From TPA_inf: Saccharomyces (taxonomy: Eukaryota), in the NCBI GenBank assembly GCA_000146045.2, contig BK006941.2, forward strand, positions 384,001 through 448,000: a stretch of DNA of 64,000 nucleotides. The letters run 5' to 3'. A model generated the notes under the pieces. That model had not been told where the DNA came from, searched no databases, and saw only the letters and a program-made list of their open reading frames with translations. Positions 55,639 to 64,000 of the stretch are shown here, one piece after another. The position numbers and the translations under genes are program-made. The number at the start of each line of letters is the position of its first letter. Position 1 is the stretch's first letter.

Positions 55639-56062
55639 ATAAGGTAAGTTCAAACGATTTGTTGGAAGACAATTGGTTTGATGTGTATTTTTCTATAATA
55701 TATAAATCTTAGACTATTCATTAACCTTATTTTATTTACCTTCTACCCGAAAATGGGTTTCTTTTGCTGAAATAGTTCTTTCATGTAAATATTGTTTAAG
55801 CAGAAGGCATTCTTTGCCCTCTTGCTCGTGTGGGTTCCTTTCCGCTAATAATCAATCATTCTCATACTGTTCAATATCATAATTATCTCTGCGACGATTT
55901 TTCATCCGCCTCCTCCGAAACTGGAAAAAGCGATGAGATAAAATTTTCAGGAATCCATCAGCAATTTTATATGATAGATAGAAGTCTATTACGTTGAGCT
56001 TCCAATTTTAAAGGAATACTGTCCATATTCATTGAAAGCAAAATAAAACATAACCAGGAAAT

Positions 56063-56425
56063 ATGGTGAATGAAACAGGAGAAAGTCAAAAAGCGGCAAA
56101 AGGCACTCCAGTTAGTGGGAAGGTATGGAAGGCAGAAAAGACACCGCTGAGGGCCAAAAGCAGAGTCGTTAAGAACAAGAAGTTAACATCATGGGAGTTG
56201 AAAAAACAAAAAAGACTCGAAGATAAACAGTTCAAAGAAAGATTGAAGGCTTTGAAGGATGAGAAGGAAGAAGCTCGTCAAGCTAAAATAACCATGTTAA
56301 AGGAAAGAAGAGAGAAGAAGGAAGAGAATGAAAGATACGAACGTTTGGCTGCTAAGATGCATGCTAAGAAGGTTGAAAGAATGAGAAGAAGAGAGAAAAG
56401 GAACAAGGCTTTAAAAGAACGTTAG
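56063..56425 (+). CDS. CGR1: Nucleolar coiled-coil protein, 120 aa, Lys/Glu/Arg-rich
   Basis: 120-aa highly charged ORF in the YGL029W position. Confidence 0.8.
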   Translation: MVNETGESQKAAKGTPVSGKVWKAEKTPLRAKSRVVKNKKLTSWELKKQKRLEDKQFKERLKALKDEKEEARQAKITMLKERREKKEENERYERLAAKMHAKKVERMRRREKRNKALKER

Positions 56426-56715
56426 ATCGAAATTCTTTCTCAAAAAAAAAAAAAAATAAATTCATATGGATAAGCACAATGGTATAAAGCATTATAGAAG
56501 GCTCATAGATACACAGGTCAATAACCTACAATGGTTAATATCTTAGCAGTAATTGTATAGTAATTTTATTTAAGAAATATCTCTTTAAGAAGAAAAAGAG
56601 GTGCGGACTCATTATTAAGTCCTGACAAGGAGAAAATAAGGGCATCCCTAGACAGTTATTATTCACTAAAAACTGGAAAAAACTAAAAATTTTTTGAAGC
56701 CCGTATGGCTTATTA

Positions 56716-56807
56716 TGCGAATTCTGTGGATCGAACACAGGACCTCCAGATAACTTGACCGAAGTTTTTTCTTCAGTCTGGCGCTCTCCCAACTGAGCTA
56801 AATCCGC
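56716..56807 (-). tRNA. tF(GAA): tRNA-Phe (anticodon GAA) with a 19-nt intron (plus-strand coordinates 56752-56770)
   Basis: The reverse complement reads GCGGATTTAGCTCAGTTGGGAGAGCGCCAGACTGAAG[aaaaaacttcggtcaagtt]ATCTGGAGGTCCTGTGTTCGATCCACAGAATTCGCA. Confidence 0.95.
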
Positions 56808-57280
56808 ATATATTTTATAGGAAAATCATCAACACGTACAAACCACATAAAGCGTAAGGATAAAATCAAATAACGTTTGAACTGACACTAATCGGGCCAA
56901 ATAATAGGAGTATTTATTTTAATTTATTCCTTGACTTGAATAAGTATGAAATTTTAACAACCATTCTAAAAATTAAAAATTGATAATTACCTGAATGTTA
57001 TAATATACAAAGTGAAATGATAATGTAGATATGTAAATGAACTGAATAATCCCGTATATAAGAAGAGTAAGAAGTACTCGTGCACATTTCAATGCCAAAC
57101 TTACATTCTTGCTTCCTGTCTTCTTTATTTTATCTTTAACCTATACCCTGGTGTATTTGTAGTTAGAAATTAGAACCGCAAATTTGTAAAACATCTATAT
57201 CGTTAATGTCGTAATGGAAAAGATCTAATTACTGTTTTCTGATCTTTTATATGCATGTTTCTCTATTCGATTTAGAAAAC

Positions 57281-58909
57281 TTATGGAAAATATTCAATCA
57301 CACCGAAAGATTGTTCGATACCGTAATCACCGGGAGCCTTCCAGTAATCATTGTAAGTCGATAAGATTGTAACATCCAAGTCCATTTCATTCAAGATGTT
57401 TTGGACTGCAGTAATTTGGTTAGCAGTGGATGGAATGTTGCCTCCATTTTGAATACCAGACGATGGGTAACCTGTTTCCGTGACGAAAACATTAGAAGTA
57501 CCACAAACACCTTGAATTAATTCAACTTGACCCTTAACAAATGTACCGGCAGTTTCAGCACTGGCGCTAGTATCAAAGTAGGCATGTGGGTTGATACCAA
57601 CGAAGTCAATATCAGATTTTTTGCACAAATCAGGGTTATTTTCAAATGAGACAGGGGGCTCACTGGTAGTAATTTGGCCAGAATAGCCAGCTTCGCTTAA
57701 TTTGGATTTGACAGAGGAAATTTTACTAATCAAATCAGAAACTGAACACCAACCATTATTGATAGCTTCATTTCCAACAGTAATGAAATCAAAGACATCC
57801 CAACCGTTAGTTTGACCATATTGAATCAATGTGGTAACAGAATCATCTATGGAATCAACGCCGCTACTGGTGATATACAAACCTTGGTTAATCTTAATAC
57901 CTAGTTTTACGGCTGCTGGTTGGACGGTTTCAAAGGAATTACAGTCGGTGCCATAAACACGGATTTTGGAAATACCTTTAGATTTGATCAACGTTAAGTC
58001 AGAAGAGACAGCGTCTGCAGACTTACAAGAGCCATCATCATTATATGGTGAATATGCAATAGCCTTTGGAGAAGAAGTTATAGCAGCGCTGCTACTAGAG
58101 GAACCTTCAGAGGTGGTAGCGGCTGTTTCCTGTGTGGATGAAGTAGAGGACGAAGTAGAGGACGAAGTAGAGGAAGAAGTAGAAGAAGAAGTAGAGGAAG
58201 AAGTAGAAGAAGAAGTAGAAGAAGAAGTAGAGGACGACGTAGAGGACGACGTAGGTGTATTGGTTGATTCGGTGGACTCCTGAGAAGCAATTGAGGTACT
58301 CGTTTGTTGATTCAAAGTTGAAGTCGCAGCTGCTTGGTAAGAATGATGCTGACTTTGAGTGTTGCCTTCAACATTGGCTTCACCGACACCACTCACGATA
58401 TTTTGTGTGGAAGTAGACGTAGTGGTAGGGGAAGGAGAGGAGGAGATAGAGGTAGAAGTAGTAGCTAATTGTTGCACATCCTCACTAGTACCTGCAGAAA
58501 CAGACATAGCAGTTTGTTGCGTAGAGACGGCTTGCAAAGTAGATTCTGCTTGAAAAGAGGAGGTTGATTGTGGAATAGTGCTTGGCTGCAAAGTAGAGGT
58601 TGGCTGCGAAGATGTACTCATTTCAGCCTTTTTTAAGAGAACTTTAGTGATAGTCGTAGTTGGTTCAGCTGTTGGGTTCACACCTTGTGGAATTAAGGTT
58701 GTTGTAAAGGTAACACTATCGCTTATTAGGAATTCGACAGTTGGGGCAATAACAACTTCGGTAGTAGTGGAGTAAAAATCAGTCACAACATTAGTTGTGC
58801 TTGCTGTGTGAACTCTCGTTACAACTTCTCTCTTAGGAAGAATCGGTAAAGCTGAGGTTAGATAAGTTAAGCATAGCAGCGATGATAGAAAGCTTATGGG
58901 TGAAATCAT
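57281..58909 (-). CDS. SCW11: Cell-wall glucanase-like protein (GH17) with a Ser/Thr-rich repeat region, 542 aa
   Basis: N-terminal signal peptide, Ser/Thr-rich tracts including an (SSST)n run, and a C-terminal GH17 domain. Position is YGL028C. Confidence 0.85.
58139..58253. repeat. About nine tandem 12-bp units (gaagtagaagaa / gaagtagaggac variants) encoding (SSST)n in SCW11
   Basis: Direct tandem repetition is visible. It is an intragenic minisatellite. Confidence 0.9.
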
Positions 58910-59641
58910 GATGGTTTTCTATTAGATATTATATCAATGAGTGTAGCGTAATAATAAGTCGATAAACAGTACAGAGAATAGAATAGATTTATTACAGTGG
59001 AGGTATGTCAGTAAAGGCTTATTCTTCTAAAAGAGTGGACTGTCTTTGTTGCGTAACTGACGATTATAGTACTGTTGCCTTAATATATAACAGTGTATTT
59101 GGATAAGCAGAAGGAAAACACGATCATTGAACTTCAATTTTCTTTCCACTTAAATAGTCCCTCCTCAGATTCTTAATTTGTTTTCGGTGCAGCATATTTT
59201 GTTGTCAGTCCTTACACTTTAACATTTTGAGATCTAGTATCCAGCTTGTAAACAATAACATTCCCTAACTTTTATTCATCTTACCGCAGTAAATAGAAAA
59301 GACCTCACTTCGCAACCATTAATCCCCAAAAGAAAAAAAAAAATGTGACATTTCATAATGCATGTTTCGAGTGTGTTTTCGATTGTTTATTTGTCTGGCT
59401 TTTAGCTGCAATGGCCCAGACTGCTAGTTACCAGTTGCTGGTTTCCACGATTTTTTAACTTTTTCTCACAGCCGCATCGAAATGTAAATAAACGCGAGAA
59501 AAAAAAAGCTGAAAATGCTGGCTCTAACTAAGAGATGCGAGGCCCTTTTCGAATAGCTGGAACATTTATAATTTTCATCCTGCATACTGGTACATATCTG
59601 GTTACATATCTGTTTATATGACTGAAAATATCTACATAGAT

Positions 59642-62143
59642 TCAGAAGCGTCCAAGGATGTTGACAACAAGTGCTGTCCAGCCTGTGAAATGCTCAGCAC
59701 CAGTACCATGACCATCTATCGGACTGTAATTTTCATAACAATAACCTTGTTCTTCCCAAACTTTGTATATGTTGTTACTGAGATTAATCTTTAAACTTTG
59801 GTACAGTTTCTTGGCATTGCTAGCCTCACCAGCCACGTCGAGAATCACCTCTGGGTAGTAGTATCTCATTGCGTCAAGACACAAGTAATTAATATTCATC
59901 CAAATTGGGCCTCTCCAATAGTTTTCATCCTTGCCGAAATAGTCGTCTTGTCTCGATAGTGATAACAGCCCGTAGTCTGAAAAGATTTTTTCTGGGTCAC
60001 TCATCAAAGCAACTACTTTCTCTAGCTTGGGTGAGTTTTTGGGGATTAGCTTCAATGCAAAGGGCAATACGGAGACGTAACCCTCATGACATACAAACTC
60101 CCTAATCTCATCGTCTTCTGGATCGATGCTAATATCACAGTAGCAATTGTCATTTTCACTCCAGTGTAACAAATCCAGATTCTCGACCACCTCTTGCTCA
60201 ATTTGTGCATATCTTTGCTCGTCCTGTGTTAACTTCAACACGTGAGCAATTTGCTTCATGGATCTTGTCATAACGCCCACCCATGCTAATGCGTCTACGT
60301 TCAATTCTGCTACATCTGGTGGTTGTGCTCTAGGATAGTCATCCATACCGCTTGGCAAACAATGAGTGAAGGTACGCCCAACCCATCTATAAACTTCGTT
60401 CTTATGAATCTTATCCCATATTCCTTCATCTTCCAATATTTCCTCATATTCATCAATAAGTCCTGTTTGAGATTTTCTGAACCAATTATAGTGCTTCAAT
60501 AGCTTAGGATAAATTTTCTTGGCATATTCGGTTAGCAAGCCAGGATTGGCTTCTAGATTGTTCGTCATAAACTTGGCTGTCCTACTATTGAACATGACTT
60601 GGTGGTAGCTGTCACTGTTGAAATCGCCGATGTTTTCAATGGCCCTAGAAAGCATTTCACTAAATGCTAGCAATAAAGTTGGCGGATTAGCAATATTGGG
60701 ATTTTGCACCTGAAATTCCTGCGGAACTTTACTCCTTGCCTCATTACCCAGTATAATTTCTCTAGCAATCCAACCACTATCATCTTCGATCATTTCAAAC
60801 CAGCTCGCTAAGATTTCAAAGGCAAGGTCAAAATCATACTCCATAATTTGTAGAAGATGGAAACCTTCATCCCAATAGAATCCACGTGGGAAAAAGCCAC
60901 GGCTCGGAACGCTGGTAAACAGTTCAAATGGACCTTCCTCTTTTGCATTCAGCAGTTTGATCTCTGTAAACTGGCTCTCATCAAATTCTGTTTCACGATC
61001 AATTAGTTGATTCCCATAGAAATAACCGATTCCTCCTAATAGGTTTGATAGCGTCTCTAAAGCAAATCTTCTTTTGACCTCCACGCTTTCAATTGAGTCG
61101 GGACCTTCTCCAAAACTAAACTGCTTATCAAAACGCGCGTTTATCTCATTTAGTGACCAAGTAATCAACTCCGTAACTTGTTCCCTGGTGGAAATACTTT
61201 GAGTAGTGCCAAGTTTATTGTAAGTGATATCAAATTGGAACCCATCTTTTTTGGTCAAATCAAATGTCTTTTGTATATAATGAAAATTACCAGGATTAAA
61301 ATTGTACAAATTTCTAATAGTTAAAACACTTGGTATTAAATCAGCAGGACGCTGCTTTGTCTCTTCCTTTTCCAGTATATCACGTATCGAATCGCTAACT
61401 AGAGATTGGAAAACATCACGAGCCTTCCAAACTTCTTTATCCGGGATTTGAAGTGATAAATGACTTGTTTTAGAGCAGTCACTTCCTGGTGCTACTTCCA
61501 TGGTTTCATATTCCGGATTTTTGAAGTAGTGACCAAAATTGTCCTTTACTGTAAGATGATACTCGCCTAATTCTTTAGAATATCCGAAGAATTTCATGTC
61601 ATTAGGGCCGTCATGACCTATCATTGCTAAGGAAGATTTTCCATCTATCTCGCCACCATTTTGACTAAAGTACAATACGACAGATGCTGTAGATGGTCTC
61701 TTGGGATCCAAAGGCTCACCTTGAACTCTCACTGACCAATTTTCCCCGTTCTTGCTCTTTACAAAATAAACAGTCAAGTTCAAGTTATTTTTTTCATCAA
61801 TAAAAACTTCTTTACCACCAATTCTTGGATCATACACTTCCCAACCATACTTTTGCAATTTATCCTGAGGCGTTGCAAAATGTCTTAACGAATGTAAGCC
61901 ATCCTGACTCAAACTGTTGAACCACATGATACCCATAATTAGTGGACTTTCATGGACATATCTGGGCCTCATACCAAAGTAACAATTGGATCTATACGGT
62001 GCCCACAGTAAAGATTCATTCGTGAACTTTTGATATTCTTCGAATTCTTGTAGTTTACTAATATCAACGGTGGCAGATGCCAGGAGAACTATGCTGGTTA
62101 GTATCCAAAATGTTTTAAACATCTTAGATTTTGAAATAAGCAT
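59642..62143 (-). CDS. CWH41: Processing alpha-glucosidase I (GH63), 833 aa
   Basis: Starts MLISKSKMFKTFWILTSIVLL at the ATG whose reverse complement lies at 62141-62143; a GH63 catalytic domain follows. The track ORF extends 10 codons upstream. Confidence 0.9.
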   Translation of the reverse strand: MLISKSKMFKTFWILTSIVLLASATVDISKLQEFEEYQKFTNESLLWAPYRSNCYFGMRPRYVHESPLIMGIMWFNSLSQDGLHSLRHFATPQDKLQKYGWEVYDPRIGGKEVFIDEKNNLNLTVYFVKSKNGENWSVRVQGEPLDPKRPSTASVVLYFSQNGGEIDGKSSLAMIGHDGPNDMKFFGYSKELGEYHLTVKDNFGHYFKNPEYETMEVAPGSDCSKTSHLSLQIPDKEVWKARDVFQSLVSDSIRDILEKEETKQRPADLIPSVLTIRNLYNFNPGNFHYIQKTFDLTKKDGFQFDITYNKLGTTQSISTREQVTELITWSLNEINARFDKQFSFGEGPDSIESVEVKRRFALETLSNLLGGIGYFYGNQLIDRETEFDESQFTEIKLLNAKEEGPFELFTSVPSRGFFPRGFYWDEGFHLLQIMEYDFDLAFEILASWFEMIEDDSGWIAREIILGNEARSKVPQEFQVQNPNIANPPTLLLAFSEMLSRAIENIGDFNSDSYHQVMFNSRTAKFMTNNLEANPGLLTEYAKKIYPKLLKHYNWFRKSQTGLIDEYEEILEDEGIWDKIHKNEVYRWVGRTFTHCLPSGMDDYPRAQPPDVAELNVDALAWVGVMTRSMKQIAHVLKLTQDEQRYAQIEQEVVENLDLLHWSENDNCYCDISIDPEDDEIREFVCHEGYVSVLPFALKLIPKNSPKLEKVVALMSDPEKIFSDYGLLSLSRQDDYFGKDENYWRGPIWMNINYLCLDAMRYYYPEVILDVAGEASNAKKLYQSLKINLSNNIYKVWEEQGYCYENYSPIDGHGTGAEHFTGWTALVVNILGRF

Positions 62144-62411
62144 TGTGAAGCAACCTGAACCGTTATTATCCACTACTTCCTTATTAACAGTTGACGCTAA
62201 TATAGTGTGTCACGCATACAATAATTGAACTTTTAAATTACGCGAAAATGTGGCTGTTCTGACCGAAATGATCTAAAATTGGTCACGATACTAATCTTGA
62301 GCAAATTGAGAGGTAAAAGAGCTGAATATGCTAATGTATCCCGATCGTATATTATATTCGTCTATGTAGTTAAAAAGCTAAATAAAAGCGTTCCTTATCA
62401 GATATTACTCA

Positions 62412-64000
62412 TTAGGCAGATGGGTCTTCTTCGAATCTCAAATCCCAACCTATCTTTGGACCTAATTTCGGCAAGACTTCAGCGACACTTTGGACATCTT
62501 TATCACCTCTACCAGAAATATTGATAACCAAATGTTGATCAGGCTTCATCGTCTTAGCCAATTCGCAAGCGCCATAAACAGCATGAGAAGATTCCAAAGC
62601 GGGAATAATACCTTCTAATTGAGATAATAATTTAAAGCCAAGCAGAGCCTGAGCGTCAGTAGCTGCAATGAATTGAGCACGGCCAGTAGATTTCCAATAT
62701 GCCAATTCTGGACCGACACCTGGGTAGTCTAACCCAGCAGAAACAGAATGAGTATCATGGACTTGACCATCACTATCTTGCAAGACATAAGTCTTGACAC
62801 CATGGAAGACACCAGGTCTACCGGCAGTTAGAGTAGCAGAGTGGAACTTTGTATCTACACCATCACCACCGGCTTCCACACCCAATAACTTAACGGAAGT
62901 ATCATGCTCGAATGGTGAAAACATACCTGTAGAGTTGGAACCACCCCCAACACATGCAACAACTGCGTCAGGTAATTTACCATTGTTCATGGCAGCAAAC
63001 TGTTCCTTGGTTTCTTTACCAATGACACTTTGGAAAGTTCTAACCAAAGTTGGATATGGGTGAGGACCAATGGCAGAACCGACGACGTAGTAAGTAGTTT
63101 TCAAGTTAGTAACCCAAAATCTGAATGCCTCTGAAGTAGCGTCTCTTAGAGTCTTTGTACCATTAGTAACAGCAATTACTTTAGCACCGAGAATTCTCAT
63201 TCTGAAGACGTTTAAAGCTTGGCGACGAACATCTTCTGCACCCATGAACACAGTACAGGTTAAGCCAAATTTAGCACATGCAGTGGCAGTGGCAACACCG
63301 TGTTGACCAGCACCGGTTTCAGCAATAACGTTCTTCTTGCCTAATCTTTTAGCTAGAAGAACTTGTGCTAAAGCATTGTTGATCTTGTGAGATCCCGTGT
63401 GGTTAAGATCTTCTCTCTTCAACCAGATTTGAGCACCTTGACAATGCTCAGTTAATCTCTCAGCTTTGTGTAGTGAAGAAGGACGGCCAATATAAGAATA
63501 CAAGGATTTGAAGTCTTCCCAGAATGTGGGATCGGCGACAGCTTCATCAAAACCCTTTTCCAACTCTCTTAGACATGCATGAAGAGCTTCTGGGACATAC
63601 TGACCACCAAAGTCCCCAAATCTAATTGGGTGCTTGTGATTTTCATCAAATTCGTCCAGTATTTCCTTCTTAACGTTTGCGGACTTCAAGGACTCTTTTT
63701 GAAAGGCAAAGAATTCGTCCTTGGACAGAACCTTATGCTTAGCACCATTTAGAATTCCCTGTACATATTCCTTAGCAACGTCGTACCTTTTGCCCTCTGG
63801 AGCATCTCCACATAATGTGACGATTTTGGAACCAATCACTACACCGTCAGCAACACTACCAACTGATTGGAAATGTTCTCTGGTAGAGACACCAAACCCA
63901 ACGGCCAAAGGAGTATCCTTGGTGTACTTTCTGACTCTAGAGATGAGTTCATCCAAATCACTGGCCACAGAACTTTGAACACCAGTAGTACCCATTCTAG
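62412..64000 (-). CDS. TRP5: Tryptophan synthase (alpha-beta fusion), C-terminal ~529 aa; the N-terminus lies beyond the window end
   Basis: The beta domain carries the PLP-lysine motif (HTGSHKINN). The frame is open to the window edge, and the full protein is 707 aa. Confidence 0.95.
   Translation of the reverse strand, partial: RMGTTGVQSSVASDLDELISRVRKYTKDTPLAVGFGVSTREHFQSVGSVADGVVIGSKIVTLCGDAPEGKRYDVAKEYVQGILNGAKHKVLSKDEFFAFQKESLKSANVKKEILDEFDENHKHPIRFGDFGGQYVPEALHACLRELEKGFDEAVADPTFWEDFKSLYSYIGRPSSLHKAERLTEHCQGAQIWLKREDLNHTGSHKINNALAQVLLAKRLGKKNVIAETGAGQHGVATATACAKFGLTCTVFMGAEDVRRQALNVFRMRILGAKVIAVTNGTKTLRDATSEAFRFWVTNLKTTYYVVGSAIGPHPYPTLVRTFQSVIGKETKEQFAAMNNGKLPDAVVACVGGGSNSTGMFSPFEHDTSVKLLGVEAGGDGVDTKFHSATLTAGRPGVFHGVKTYVLQDSDGQVHDTHSVSAGLDYPGVGPELAYWKSTGRAQFIAATDAQALLGFKLLSQLEGIIPALESSHAVYGACELAKTMKPDQHLVINISGRGDKDVQSVAEVLPKLGPKIGWDLRFEEDPSA

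Noticed and set aside
56535-56792. 85-aa minus-strand ORF overlapping tRNA-Phe
   Set aside because: It overlaps a canonical intron-containing tRNA gene and is an artefact.
57966-58283. 105-aa ORF with a poly-(EVE) repeat on the plus strand
   Set aside because: It is antisense to the SCW11 (SSST)n minisatellite and is produced by the repeat itself.

Overview
The window is nuclear DNA from Saccharomyces cerevisiae, chromosome VII left arm, running from the 3' part of PUS2 (YGL063W) to a partial TRP5 (YGL026C). It matches the S288C gene order PUS2-PYC1-DUO1-YBP2-PKP2-RAD6-GEP7-SDS23-OLE1-ERV14-PRM8-MST27-TYW3-TIF4632-RPT6-ALG13-RIM8-RNA15-DST1-HEM2-YGL039W-OCH1-PNC1-YGL036W-MIG1-HOP2-AGA2-RPL24A-RPL30-CGR1-SCW11-CWH41-TRP5. 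Gene names are called from recognised protein sequences, domain motifs, expected lengths and gene order. The window is gene-dense: about 36 protein-coding genes, two of them spliced (HOP2 and RPL30), and five Pol III tRNA genes (Glu-UUC, Arg-UCU, Val-AAC, Leu-CAA with intron, Phe-GAA with intron). Three of the tRNAs have Ty3 sigma or Ty1 delta LTR remnants upstream. Two inverted sigma/delta clusters bracket the tandem DUP240 paralogs PRM8 and MST27, and a decayed third DUP240 copy lies just downstream of MST27. There are no prokaryotic features (CRISPR, operons) and no complete Ty element. Points worth a second look: (1) the PUS2 3' half and its flank are strongly GC-rich with non-yeast codon usage, followed by a 38-nt perfect palindrome; (2) the DUP240 pseudogene relic; (3) GC-rich hairpin-containing blocks upstream of RIM8 and between RPL24A and RPL30; (4) non-canonical intron signals in HOP2 and RPL30; (5) candidate Mig1 GC boxes upstream of MIG1 itself.
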